Part shown: positions 53,635 through 64,000 of the stretch, piece after piece
Position numbering within the stretch: the stretch's first letter is position 1
Layout: each line of letters begins with the position of its first letter
The notes under the pieces: model-generated
What the model saw: the letters and a program-made list of their open reading frames with translations, nothing else
Databases searched by the model: none
What the model was told of the DNA's origin: nothing
NCBI GenBank assembly: GCA_964016885.1
Contig: OZ024758.1
Span: 4,340,001-4,404,000, forward strand
Length of the DNA: 64,000 nt
From: Eledone cirrhosa
Lineage: Eukaryota
Direction of reading: 5' to 3'
Translations under genes and position numbers: made by a program

Positions 53635-54615
53635 ATATTACCAACAACAACTATAGTAACAACAACAAAACATACAACAACAGTGGCAGTATCAGCAGCA
53701 ATGGACGCACCAACAACAACAACAACTACAGTAACAACAACAAAATATATAACAACAGTGGCAGTATCAGCAGCAATGGACGCACCACCACCACCAACAA
53801 CAACAAAACATAACAGTGACAGTGGCAGTATCAGCAGCAATGGACACAACAACAACAACAACAGCAAATTCAGCAGCAATGAAACAAAAACAAAGACAGT
53901 AACAACATTAACAGCAGCAAAACCAGCAGCAATGGAAACAACACCAGCAACAACAACAGCAACAACAGAAACAACAATAACAACAGCAACACAAACAACA
54001 ACTGTAGTAGTATCAACAGCAATGGAAGCAGCAGCAACCACAAAAACAAAAACAACATCAACAAAATCAAGCAAATTACTGTAGACTGGTAAAATAGTAA
54101 AAGAAACAAGAGTTAGAGGGTTGGACGCCATGCTTTCTAGCATAGTTACGTCCCTTTACGGTTTGAGTTCAAATCCCGCCGAGGTTAACTTTTCCTTTCA
54201 TCCTTACGGGGTCGATAAAATAAAGTACCAGTAATACACTGGATAATTTGCTAGCTTTGTGCCAAAAGTAGAAACATTTACAACAACAAGAACAATACAA
54301 CAACAATAGAACAACAACAATAGAACAACAACAACAACAATACAACAACAACAATACAACAACAACAACAACAACAATACAACAACAACAACAACAACAA
54401 TACAATAACATCAAGAGAATTACTGAAGAATGGTAAAATATTAAAAGAAAGAAGAGTTAGCAAATATTTGCTACAGCAACAACGACAATACAACAACAAT
54501 ATTAGCTCCAACAACAGCTATATCTACAGCAACAATAACAATAACATCAACATCAACAACATTGGCTACAACAACAACAGCAACAACATTAGCTACAACA
54601 ACAGCAACATCAATA
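53635..54615. repeat. (CAA)n-rich region with three CAGTGGCAGTATCAGCAGCAATGGAC units, interrupted by a SINE
   Basis: Direct reading. Confidence 0.85.
54114..54278 (+). mobile_element. Major-family SINE, 5'-truncated
   Basis: B box, body and tail present. Confidence 0.85.
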
Positions 54616-55384
54616 TCGTTGATATTTCAACAGACACAAAATAGAAAAAAAATCTGGGAGTATCGCAACGCCATTGTCTCATGGAATATAACAGAGTTGT
54701 AGTGTAGTATTGATGATGGTTGTGGTGATGGTGATGGTGGTAGTGGTGGTGGTGGTGGTGGTGGTGGTGGTGATGGTGGTCAACACCATCATCACCACTA
54801 TAGAATAGTTATACGGCAAGATATATTCTCAGAGGAGCGAAGTGTGTTGCACAAATAAATATATGACAGTAAAGAGAAAGCTATTGGTGAATTGCACTAT
54901 TTTATGTAGAGATTGTCAATATAAGGAAAACAAAATTCACCATGGCTTTGGTGTACAGAACTTCCTTAAATGCTGGAGAAACTCCACCTAATCAAAGAAG
55001 ATATATTCCTTCCAATAGAATACATCTATCACACATTACAATTTGGATTACAGTGAGATAACTTCAAGACAAAGAGGAAATAGTCGAAGCTAGTCCAATA
55101 ACCGTAGGAAAATGTATCTTACAGGGCCAATTCTAACCCCTTCTACTAATCTGCTTAGCTCTAACTATGTTTGAAAGAACGAAATATATGTACACAACAC
55201 GCAAATATTCTATTTAATAAATACAACTACGTCAATGAAGATATCTCGTGATGTGGATATATGTCTGTTATGTTCTTATGGATGAACGAATACACTGCAA
55301 CAGTGTAATAACGATATAATCGAAGGAAACGGCAAATAGCACTCGTAACGGAACAATAATCTTTTAAAAACCTTAACTAACCCA

Positions 55385-55575
55385 TGCTAACTCGAACTGT
55401 GAACTTGAACTCCAGCTTTGACTATCAACACACGAACTGTGGAACTAGTACCAACTTTCATTACTAACACACGCACTGTGGAACTACTAACAAATTCGAA
55501 TATCAACACACCATCTGTGGAACTAATACCAAATTCGACTATCAACACACGATCTGTGGAACTAGTACCAACTTG
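55385..55575. repeat. 39-bp minisatellite, ~5 units (ACTATCAACACACGA.CTGTGGAACTAGTACCAA)
   Basis: CTGTGGAACTA recurs at 39-bp spacing. Confidence 0.85.
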
Positions 55576-56486
55576 CCCACTTACTCAGGCCACTACTATT
55601 TATATGTAGTGGTCCAGCCCCTTTCTCGCCAGGGGGCGTCGTACGCTCCCACAACAATGTCAAATGATATGTGAATCTTATATATATATATCGTCTTCAG
55701 TACAAGTATGCACTCGGCATCCCACACATTTGGATGCCGAACTCGAATCAACAACAGGTCATCATTCTAAAATATATAGTTTAATATTTATAATAAAGTT
55801 ACGTTCGATTATAATCACGTTATTATAGAAGGACATGCTGGAGAGTCGGTATTAGCTGACGGAAGTAAACACCACCTGGTATTTCTAGTATAGCTTCATG
55901 ACAGTCTATTTCTCGGAGGTTATTAACATCATTTTCAGTTCTCTAAAAGATACTGCTCATCATAAACAACATCTATTGGCTTGCTACAATCACGCCGACA
56001 TTTTCACATTAATCAAAGCAACAGATATCTGAGAATTCTGCAATTTGTTACTGTTCACTTTGATTTTAGTGGTTGTTGAAGCCACAGAAGCATTCCTCTT
56101 ATGTGAACACACCAGCAACGTGTATTTCATTTAGAGTTTGTTGCCTTTCTGAACATCAATCTTCACATCAAATGTTCAATGATACTGAATGTGAGTGCTG
56201 TTAATGGAAACATTTCATAGAAAACTCTCCCAATTAGCGGTCTTTTATGTTGATCAGCAAACAGAAGCTACTTTATAATGAAGAGACTTCAGTCACTGAA
56301 TATGATATCCTAACTGTTTGTGTTTAGGACAGCAACAAATTACTGATTATCAACGGCAGAAAATGCTTTCCATTAATCAAAATTGCCCAAAGATCAGGAA
56401 AGAGAAAACCACATCAAAACTTAAGCTAAAATATTTCAGATCCTAGATGTCATCACAGACTTGTGGAGTGCATTATTATCTGGCTG

Positions 56487-56942
56487 AGGGCGGTGGATAG
56501 GCAGAATGGGTAGAGCGTCGGACAACATGCTTAGTGACATAGAGTTATGGCCCTTTACGTACTGAGTTCAAATCCGGCCGAGGTTATTGTCTTTCATCCT
56601 TACAGACTCGATAAAATAAATCGATTTAATCGACTTCCGTCCCCCAAATCTCTGGCCTTGTTCCTTAAATAGAAATCAATCAAATTTTAAAGTCGATTAA
56701 ATCGACTCCAGTATGTTACTGCTACTTTATTTTATCGACCCAGTAAGGATGAAAGGCAAAGTTAACCTCGGCAGGGCCGTAACTCGATGCTGCAAAGCAT
56801 GGCGTCCGAACCTCTACCAATACTGCGAATCCACTGCCAATTGGAGTAATAATTGTTTCTACTTTAGGCACAAGGCCAGCAAAACACCCAGTGTATTACT
56901 GGTACTTTATTTTATCGACCCCGTAAGGATGAAAGGCAAAGT
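56487..56942. mobile_element. SINE cluster (plus 56487-56680; minus 56691-56840 and 56848-56942)
   Basis: Diagnostic boxes in both orientations. Confidence 0.85.
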
Positions 56943-57362
56943 AGTAATAATACAGACTAATGACAATTTATATTATGTAATTACTATTACATCAGTCACA
57001 CACACATGTACACCAGATCCGAACACAGAGGAACCAAACTCCCACTGTCGTTTCATTATTGAGTAAAGTTCTCTCAACCCTACTCAATTTTAGCAGAATC
57101 TGTATTTCTTCAAACTCGTAGAAAGAGTTGCGACTGGCATATTGGCGAAGGAAAGTCTGTAACGTATTACTACACATATTCTTAACCAGTTTTATTCAAT
57201 CGAATCAAATTAATCGAATGCAGATTTCTCATTTCGTAAAATATATATGGAGACCGAATATATTTATTGCTATCTTCAAAGTCTTGTAATGTGAATTTGT
57301 ATATATATTTTCTTATATTTTAATATCTCATTATATTGTGTTGTATTTCGTTCCATATTTCG

Positions 57363-57415
<53 letters not shown>

Positions 57416-57576
57416 GTGTGCGTGCGTGCGTGCGCGTGTGTGTGTAGAGGTTATATTTAATTTGTTGGAGATTCCAACCAGAATGGTTGCATTTTTTAAG
57501 GGTATGTCAATATTTATTTATAAAACTAACCTATATTATATTTTATCTGATGAAAGCGCACCATAGTTTCCATTTG

Positions 57577-57610
<34 letters not shown>

Positions 57611-57870
57611 GGAGGTGAGTTTTATTGTAGTACAATAAAGCAATGCAGATATCGGATAAGAAGCACTCTACAGTTTGTAGGACTGGAGTATACATAATAT
57701 ATATATATATATATTGAAAGAGTGAGAAAGAGACGGCAACAGACAGATTGAGAGAGAATGAAGAATTTAAGGGTACTTATTAAAGTAGAGAAGCGGTTGG
57801 AATTCTGAGCCCCACGGAAAGCTACACTGTTTTTCACAATTGTCTGCATACTGTCTCAGCAAGTCCTTGG

Positions 57871-57914
<44 letters not shown>

Positions 57915-57955
57915 CGAAACATAAGTCAATTGCATGAACTCATAATCACTTATTT

Positions 57956-58011
57956 ACTGCTATATATATTTCGATGATAGCCATTGAATGGCTATGACCT
58001 CATCAGGCAGT
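57956..58011 (-). ncRNA. Hammerhead ribozyme motif in a TA-flanked element (~57911-58080)
   Basis: Minus strand: ACTGC-CTGATGA-GGTC-ATAGCCAT(TCA)ATGGCTAT-CATC-GAAA-TATATA-TA-GCAGT; 5-bp stem I, long stem II, palindromic stem III. Confidence 0.85.
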
Positions 58012-58144
58012 TAGTCAGTTCTTAGATATGCCAGCTCTGTGTTTATGGTGTTGATGGTATCAGAGCCTTGGGACAGACACACATATATATATATATATAT
58101 AGTAATAATAATAAATTTGAAGATTAAAATCCAAAGAGGGCTCG

Positions 58145-58179
<35 letters not shown>

Positions 58180-58307
58180 TTTTCTAAAAAAAATTAAATC
58201 ATACTCAAAACGCCAGCACCAACAGTTTTCCAAGAGATGTCAACATGAATGGACCTGTTATTTTTCCAATTACAACCCGTCCGTTCAATCTTTCTTAGTT
58301 CTCATTT

Positions 58308-58339
58308 TCTTCTGATGAAGGACTAGACTCCGAAACGTT
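58308..58339 (+). ncRNA. Second, damaged copy of the 35179 hammerhead motif (repeat ~58275-58402)
   Basis: TCTT-CTGATGA-A-GGA(CTAGAC)TCC-GAAACGTT. The 3' strand of stem I is deleted; flanks are homologous to 35140-35290. Confidence 0.65.
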
Positions 58340-58604
58340 TTTCAAGCATTAACCTAATATATCCCTTCCATATACTGTACCGATTGTGTTATTTCTGTTT
58401 ACCTTTTACATACATATATATATAATATACATACACACACACAGATATATATAATATACATACACACACACATATATATATATAATATACATACACACAC
58501 ACATATATATATATAATATACATACACACACATATAATATACATACACACACACACACATATATATAATATATACACACACACACACATATATATAATAT
58601 ACAT

Positions 58605-58645
<41 letters not shown>

Positions 58646-60596
58646 TTATATATATATCCGGCAACCTCTATTTAGTTACCTTATTTCATTTTATTGCATC
58701 CCACTGCATCTATTCCAATTCTGTTATTTTCCATATGTCTCACTATCATTAAAACTTCGACCACTTCTGATGGTTTCTCCTCTGTTAATCTCACATTCTC
58801 ACTCACTTCGTCTCTTTCTCACTTTGTTCTCTTTCATTTTATCTCTATATTTTTCTTTCCCTATCTAACCATCTTTCTTTCTCACACATTGTTCTTCTCT
58901 CTTTCTCAGAATTATGTATTTCTGTCTCCATCTCTCTATGTATCTATCTATATCTCTTTCTGTTCAGAAATAACATACCTTTGTTTGCATGTCTCCCCTG
59001 AAATTTCTCTTGTCATCAATATTTATGTTTTATATTTTACTGTTTGTCATTTCCTCTACCTCTGTTTCATCCTATTCTCTTACACTATCGAACCCTATAT
59101 GACTCACAACATTCTTTCTTCAATTCCTCTCTTTCTACACTAGAACAGGCAACATATTTAGACACCATTGTCAATTGCTGTAACATTGAATCTCCTACAT
59201 TTTATTTCCCAATAGAAATTCCGTTTAATATTGCATTTATTATCCCAGAATATACACAGCATTCCATTTTCTTTCAATTTTTCATGTTTTCCTCTTCGTT
59301 TTTATTTATACCCTAATCCCCTTTCTTTCACAATCGCAATTCATTCTACGTTCAAAATCGATTTAATCCTGTTTTTTTCGCATCTTTACCTCCCAACCTC
59401 TCATATCTCTTGTTAATAATCAAACTTTAATTCAGAAAATCTATGATGCCATGCTAACGTAATTAATAAAGGTGACACAATAGGAATTTCTCTGAAAATT
59501 TCAATAATATGATACCTGCATTATATTAATCCACAAATATATTTCACCTCTAGTGTTCTACACCATTGTAATTCACGTGAACTTAATATATAGTAAAAAT
59601 AATAAAGAAATAATTTATATTCATAATCTTATACGAAATGCAATCAGGTTATGTATGTTGTTTTTTTTTTACAATATTTCAAAGATAGGAATGACAGGAT
59701 TTATGAATACTAAGGGTTTCCCAGATTGGTGACACTAATGTGGCTCATCTTCAGCTTGAAACCACTGCTGGAGATCCATACAGTGAAATACGTGGGGTGA
59801 ATATTACAGAACAATGGTGTTTTCAGCAGTATAGCTATCTTCCAGTCTGAATTCAAGTGGCAACCTGTGGCTCTTGTCAAATATATTTCCTAACTTTTAA
59901 CACCTCACTTAAAACACTGTAAATCTTTTACGCCAAGGAAAGCTGTAAAGAATCAAATACCAAGCTGCTTAGTTTTTATAGACTCTTTCAAACATGTCGT
60001 CATTATATGTTGAATACAAAATATCTTCTCATAAATTCCTTGAATGAAAATATCGTACCGAAATAATCCCACTAACGTAATAACTGAATTCTCTTTTTCT
60101 AGGATGCAAACAATTTTATTTTCCCTTCGTCCTACATGTTGACATTTGATGTTCTCAGATGGTAAACTATAAAAGATAGTGATAGAAATATTAAAAACCT
60201 TAAATCCATTCTAAAGTGAAAGTTTGTGAAATATAATAAGCCTTCTTGACATTGAATGCATTATTATGAACCACAAGGGATTATAGATATATACAACCAT
60301 TTCAAAATTATGTTGAAAATAGATAGCTTGTATAATCTACTTAAGTACACTTCATAGCTGACAGCGACTTCATTTGATAATTTCTCACACCTTACAAGAT
60401 TGTACGCCCATATTTGTTCATATTCCTAAACCTACTTTACACATACAAATATATTAATCTTTACAACATAGTACAAGCTTCGGATTACTCTGATCTTACT
60501 TTAATATAAAACGTATACAGGGCTTACGTGTCCTTGAAATCGATACTAAAGTCAACCGTATATCTATATGTGGAATATATATATATATATATATAG

Positions 60597-60831
60597 TAAT
60601 AGTAATAAATTTGAAGACTAAAATCCAAAGAGGGCTCGATAAGGATAAATATATATCAAATATATAATAACCGTAGAGCAAATATTTATTAAAATAACAG
60701 TTTAACGTTTAAGCAAAGAATCGCTACTTTCACCCTTAACGGGATCTTCTGACACTAACGAGTTAGTTTCAGAAGATCCCGTTAAGGGTGAAAGCAGCGA
60801 TTCTTTGCTTAAACTGTAATCTGTTATTTTA

Positions 60832-60839
<8 letters not shown>
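60597..60839. mobile_element. Family B TA-embedded fold-back element (palindrome ~60682-60839)
   Basis: ~78-bp arms with a tiny loop; same family as 43017-43246 in opposite orientation. Confidence 0.85.
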
Positions 60840-60875
<36 letters not shown>

Positions 60876-61407
60876 CCCTCCCCAAGTATAACTATATATA
60901 TATATATATATAGATATATATATAGAGAGATATATGGGCGTGTATAATAAATTTATATTAATATTAATCCTTTCTCTCTCTCTATCTACTTATTCCATCA
61001 TGTATACAATCCTTATATATCTACTGTTCTCTCTATCCCTCTTTGTTAGTGTGGGTGTGTGTCTATATAGATATATACACTCATACACATATGGGGCAGA
61101 TTCAGGAATCAGAAAACTCGGAAGAAGCAAGCACATGTAACGCGGAGAATTCAGTTTTATTAACTGTTTTCTAAGGATCCTTATAATTTCGCATGCTTTT
61201 AAAAGACTGGAATATTCACCCTTAGTGCATCAATAGTATCCGAAGATAGCTACAGGGAGAAAAACACAAGGGACGTTAGACAAAATGGAAACTAAGATGA
61301 AATATCTTCATACCGATGTGGTACAGGATAATTGCTGCAATCGAAAGCAACACACCTCTATGGGTAGGTAAACGTATGGGGATTAAGAAATTAATCGCCC
61401 TTAAAAT

Positions 61408-62092
61408 TATTTGTTCTACATTTGGCACAAGGCCAGCGATTATCCCAGTGCATTATTGGTACTTTATTTTATCGACCCCGTAAGGATGAAAGGCAAAATT
61501 AACCGCGGCCTGATTTCAACTCAGACCGTAAAGGGCATAACTATGTTGCAAAGCATTGTGTCTGACACTCTACCAATTCTGCCAATCCACTGAAATAATA
61601 TTAACAGGCCAGAGACATATCGAAAATGAACTGACCAGGCCTGCACTCAAATTACAAAAGAATGAGAGAGAAGCTTCAAAGGTATATGGCAAGGAGGGTA
61701 GGTTTGAGAAGAGAGATGGGGAGAAAAAAGATAGATAGATGGAGATAGAGGGAGAGTTAGAGGTAGATAGAGAGACGCAGATAGGGAGAGAAATGAAGAG
61801 AGAAAGTGAGCGAGTCACAGCAGTAGTAAACAACAGTTTGATTTAATAATTGTTTCTACTTTAGGCACAAGGCGAGCAAATAACCAGTTTATTACTGGTA
61901 CTTTATTTTATCGACCCCGTAAATAATGGCTTCTTATATAGGCACAAGGTCAGCAACTTTGGGCGAGAGGGAAGTCGATTAAATCGACTCCAGTGCGTGA
62001 CTGGTACTTTATTTTATGGACCCCGTAAGGATCAAAGGCAAAGTTAACCTTGGCGGGATTTGAACTCAGATTATACAGAGCCGTAACTCATG
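61408..62092 (-). mobile_element. SINE cluster (61408-61592, 61845-61922, 61923-62092)
   Basis: Reverse complements of the consensus. Confidence 0.85.
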
Positions 62093-64000
62093 GTACAAAA
62101 GTTTGATTTAATAATTAGGCTGTATAAGTTACAATGATAATATCATTAAAACAATACATGACCCGTAGCCGAAAAACGGGGATTGCTTTCCGGAAAGGAC
62201 TAGTGGTAGATTTGTGCAGGATTATTGTTTTCAAGCTGATTGTTATCATAATTTTTTATTGTTATTGTAAGTGGATGTCTCCTTGCCTTTTCAGGATGGA
62301 TACCATATTTGTGTTCTATTTGTTCCTCCCATTATGTAATCTCCTTTCCTTAAATAGCAATTACTAACAAGATATATATTGTGTGCCATACAGTTTAAGA
62401 AACTCCCAGGGCAATACATGAATTCATGAGCTTGCACATAGAAACATCTGTTTCATTAGCATCAGAAAATCTTTCTCACAGGAGTCAAATTGCACAATGC
62501 AGTTTATCTGGTAGTACCTACAGTGTTTTCCTAGCGGCAAAATTTATTTTCTAACTTTCCTATGTTGCCTGCAATAGACTAAACATATGCTTCAAAGGTA
62601 TTTATGTCGATAAATGGCAAAGACATATGTTTCATATGTTTTAGTATGATAGTATTATATGCTTTTTGTCTTGTAAGATCCAAGAGTATGGATGTCATGA
62701 ATAGGACAATCAGAAATAAGACACTTAATGAAACATTGTTCTAAATATATAATAACATAAGCAATCAAATCAGCAGCAACAGCTGTGATAATCATAACAC
62801 GAGCCGTAGAAGACGTCTGGGGTCCTTGCCCCTAGGGCTACCTCCCTATTCAGTTCCATCAGCACAGAGTTGGTTACCCACATGTATGAGCCTCACGGGC
62901 TGCAATGGTTTGTCCAGCACTTTTACCTCACCACCCTCCGGGGAAACGCCTGCTATATTCTGTCCACATGGGCTGCGTGGGCCCCCATTTGCATATAATA
63001 GTGATAGATGGGGATAGAGTTAGATACGGAGGTAGTTATAGTGGGAGTTTGGTTCATTTCTGTTTGGACCTGGTGTATATGAGAGATGGGGAGAGCAGGA
63101 GAGACGGTGGCAGTGACACTGGGAGTGTGGTTCCTTTGTGTTCGGCCTGGTATATTTGCATATATTTCATAGCCTTTCCCATTAAGGACTTTTCTCTCAA
63201 ATAGACTAAATATATATTTCAAGTAAATTTACGTCAAAAAATGGCAAACGCATGTTATTTGTTGTAGTATTATATTTTATATATGTTTGTGCTGTAAGAT
63301 CCAAGTGTACTTGATAAGGAATTGTAAGAATATATAAGATGACAAGTGCTAAGACTAGTTATTGATTTAGTAACATATATTGAGAATATGCTAGCGAAAC
63401 ACTTGATGTACTTTTAGGTTGTAGTATTGTTGCCAAAATATCTAAAAAAAATTCTGATTTAAAGATTTCAGATTTCAAAATAAAATTATTAGTACATTAT
63501 TCATCGAATTCTCGGGAAAACTTTCAAATTCTAACAATTGTAAGTGAAGCCTTAGATAACTTTCTTTTTCTCTAGATGATTTATGTAACTTTTCTTGCTT
63601 TGTTAATATTATGCTTCAACTAATAAACAAGGACAAAAGAGATCTCATATTGTTTCATTTTTCAAAAATATTTTCAAGAAAACAAATCACAATGAAACCA
63701 ATATTTAGAATTCTGACAATGCTTGCAGATAAAAACTGAGAACAGGTGAAAACTTCGATTAGTATGGCAAGTTTGATTTCCAACTTTATTTTTACTTTTA
63801 TCAAGAGTCTAATTCATACTTTTCTGATACTAAATATTTGACAATATCGTTGAAATTCCAAATAATATAGTTAATCATGTTACGATTTTATTTCCTTCAA
63901 GGAGGTCACGATTTTTTTACTAATTTTATACAAACCATTCTTACGACCATTGATTCAATATACTTCAGGATTCTAACACATTTTAATCATTTTTTGCTTA

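Noticed and set aside
53616-54143. Mucin-like Thr-rich or hydrophobic ORFs, and the Pro/His-rich ORF at 50796-51476
   Set aside because: Trinucleotide-derived low-complexity repeats with no splice or domain support.
55690-55742. CTGAAGA (minus) and hairpin TCGGCATCC/GGATGCCGA as a hammerhead
   Set aside because: The elements are in the wrong order and no GAAA/stem III follows the core.
59720-59850. Possible exon (IGDTNVAHLQLETTAGDPYSEIRG...) after TTCCCAG
   Set aside because: No recognisable homology, weak acceptor and no partner exons; needs RNA-seq.

Overview
AT-rich, microsatellite-saturated animal DNA. The SINE and repeat content resembles a coleoid cephalopod such as Octopus (inference). 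No host protein-coding gene can be supported, and almost all ORFs in the track are translations of simple repeats. The dominant feature is a very young Penelope-like retroelement (PLE; RT + Cys-rich linker + GIY-YIG) inserted as a head-to-head inverted pair. Its 1598-bp arms (6718-8315 and 9529-11126) show one substitution that I could see, each arm carries a hammerhead-ribozyme (HHR) motif, and the longer end continues into what looks like the element's own ORF start. Many short elements of several unrelated families sit inside (TA)n tracts. Several carry minimal HHR motifs with palindromic stem III, including U3-A8 core variants, and several are fold-back hairpins whose inversion point lies close to a GAAA. 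Together they look like a PLE-driven population of ribozyme-bearing, (TA)n-targeted mini-elements. The window also holds about 20 copies or fragments of a tRNA-derived SINE (including tandem arrays), RTE LINE 3' ends (one with three C2H2 fingers and a short partner element sharing its tail), an R4/Dong-like RLE fragment, decayed LINE and PLE relics, MITEs and many minisatellites. Coordinates of decayed elements are approximate.
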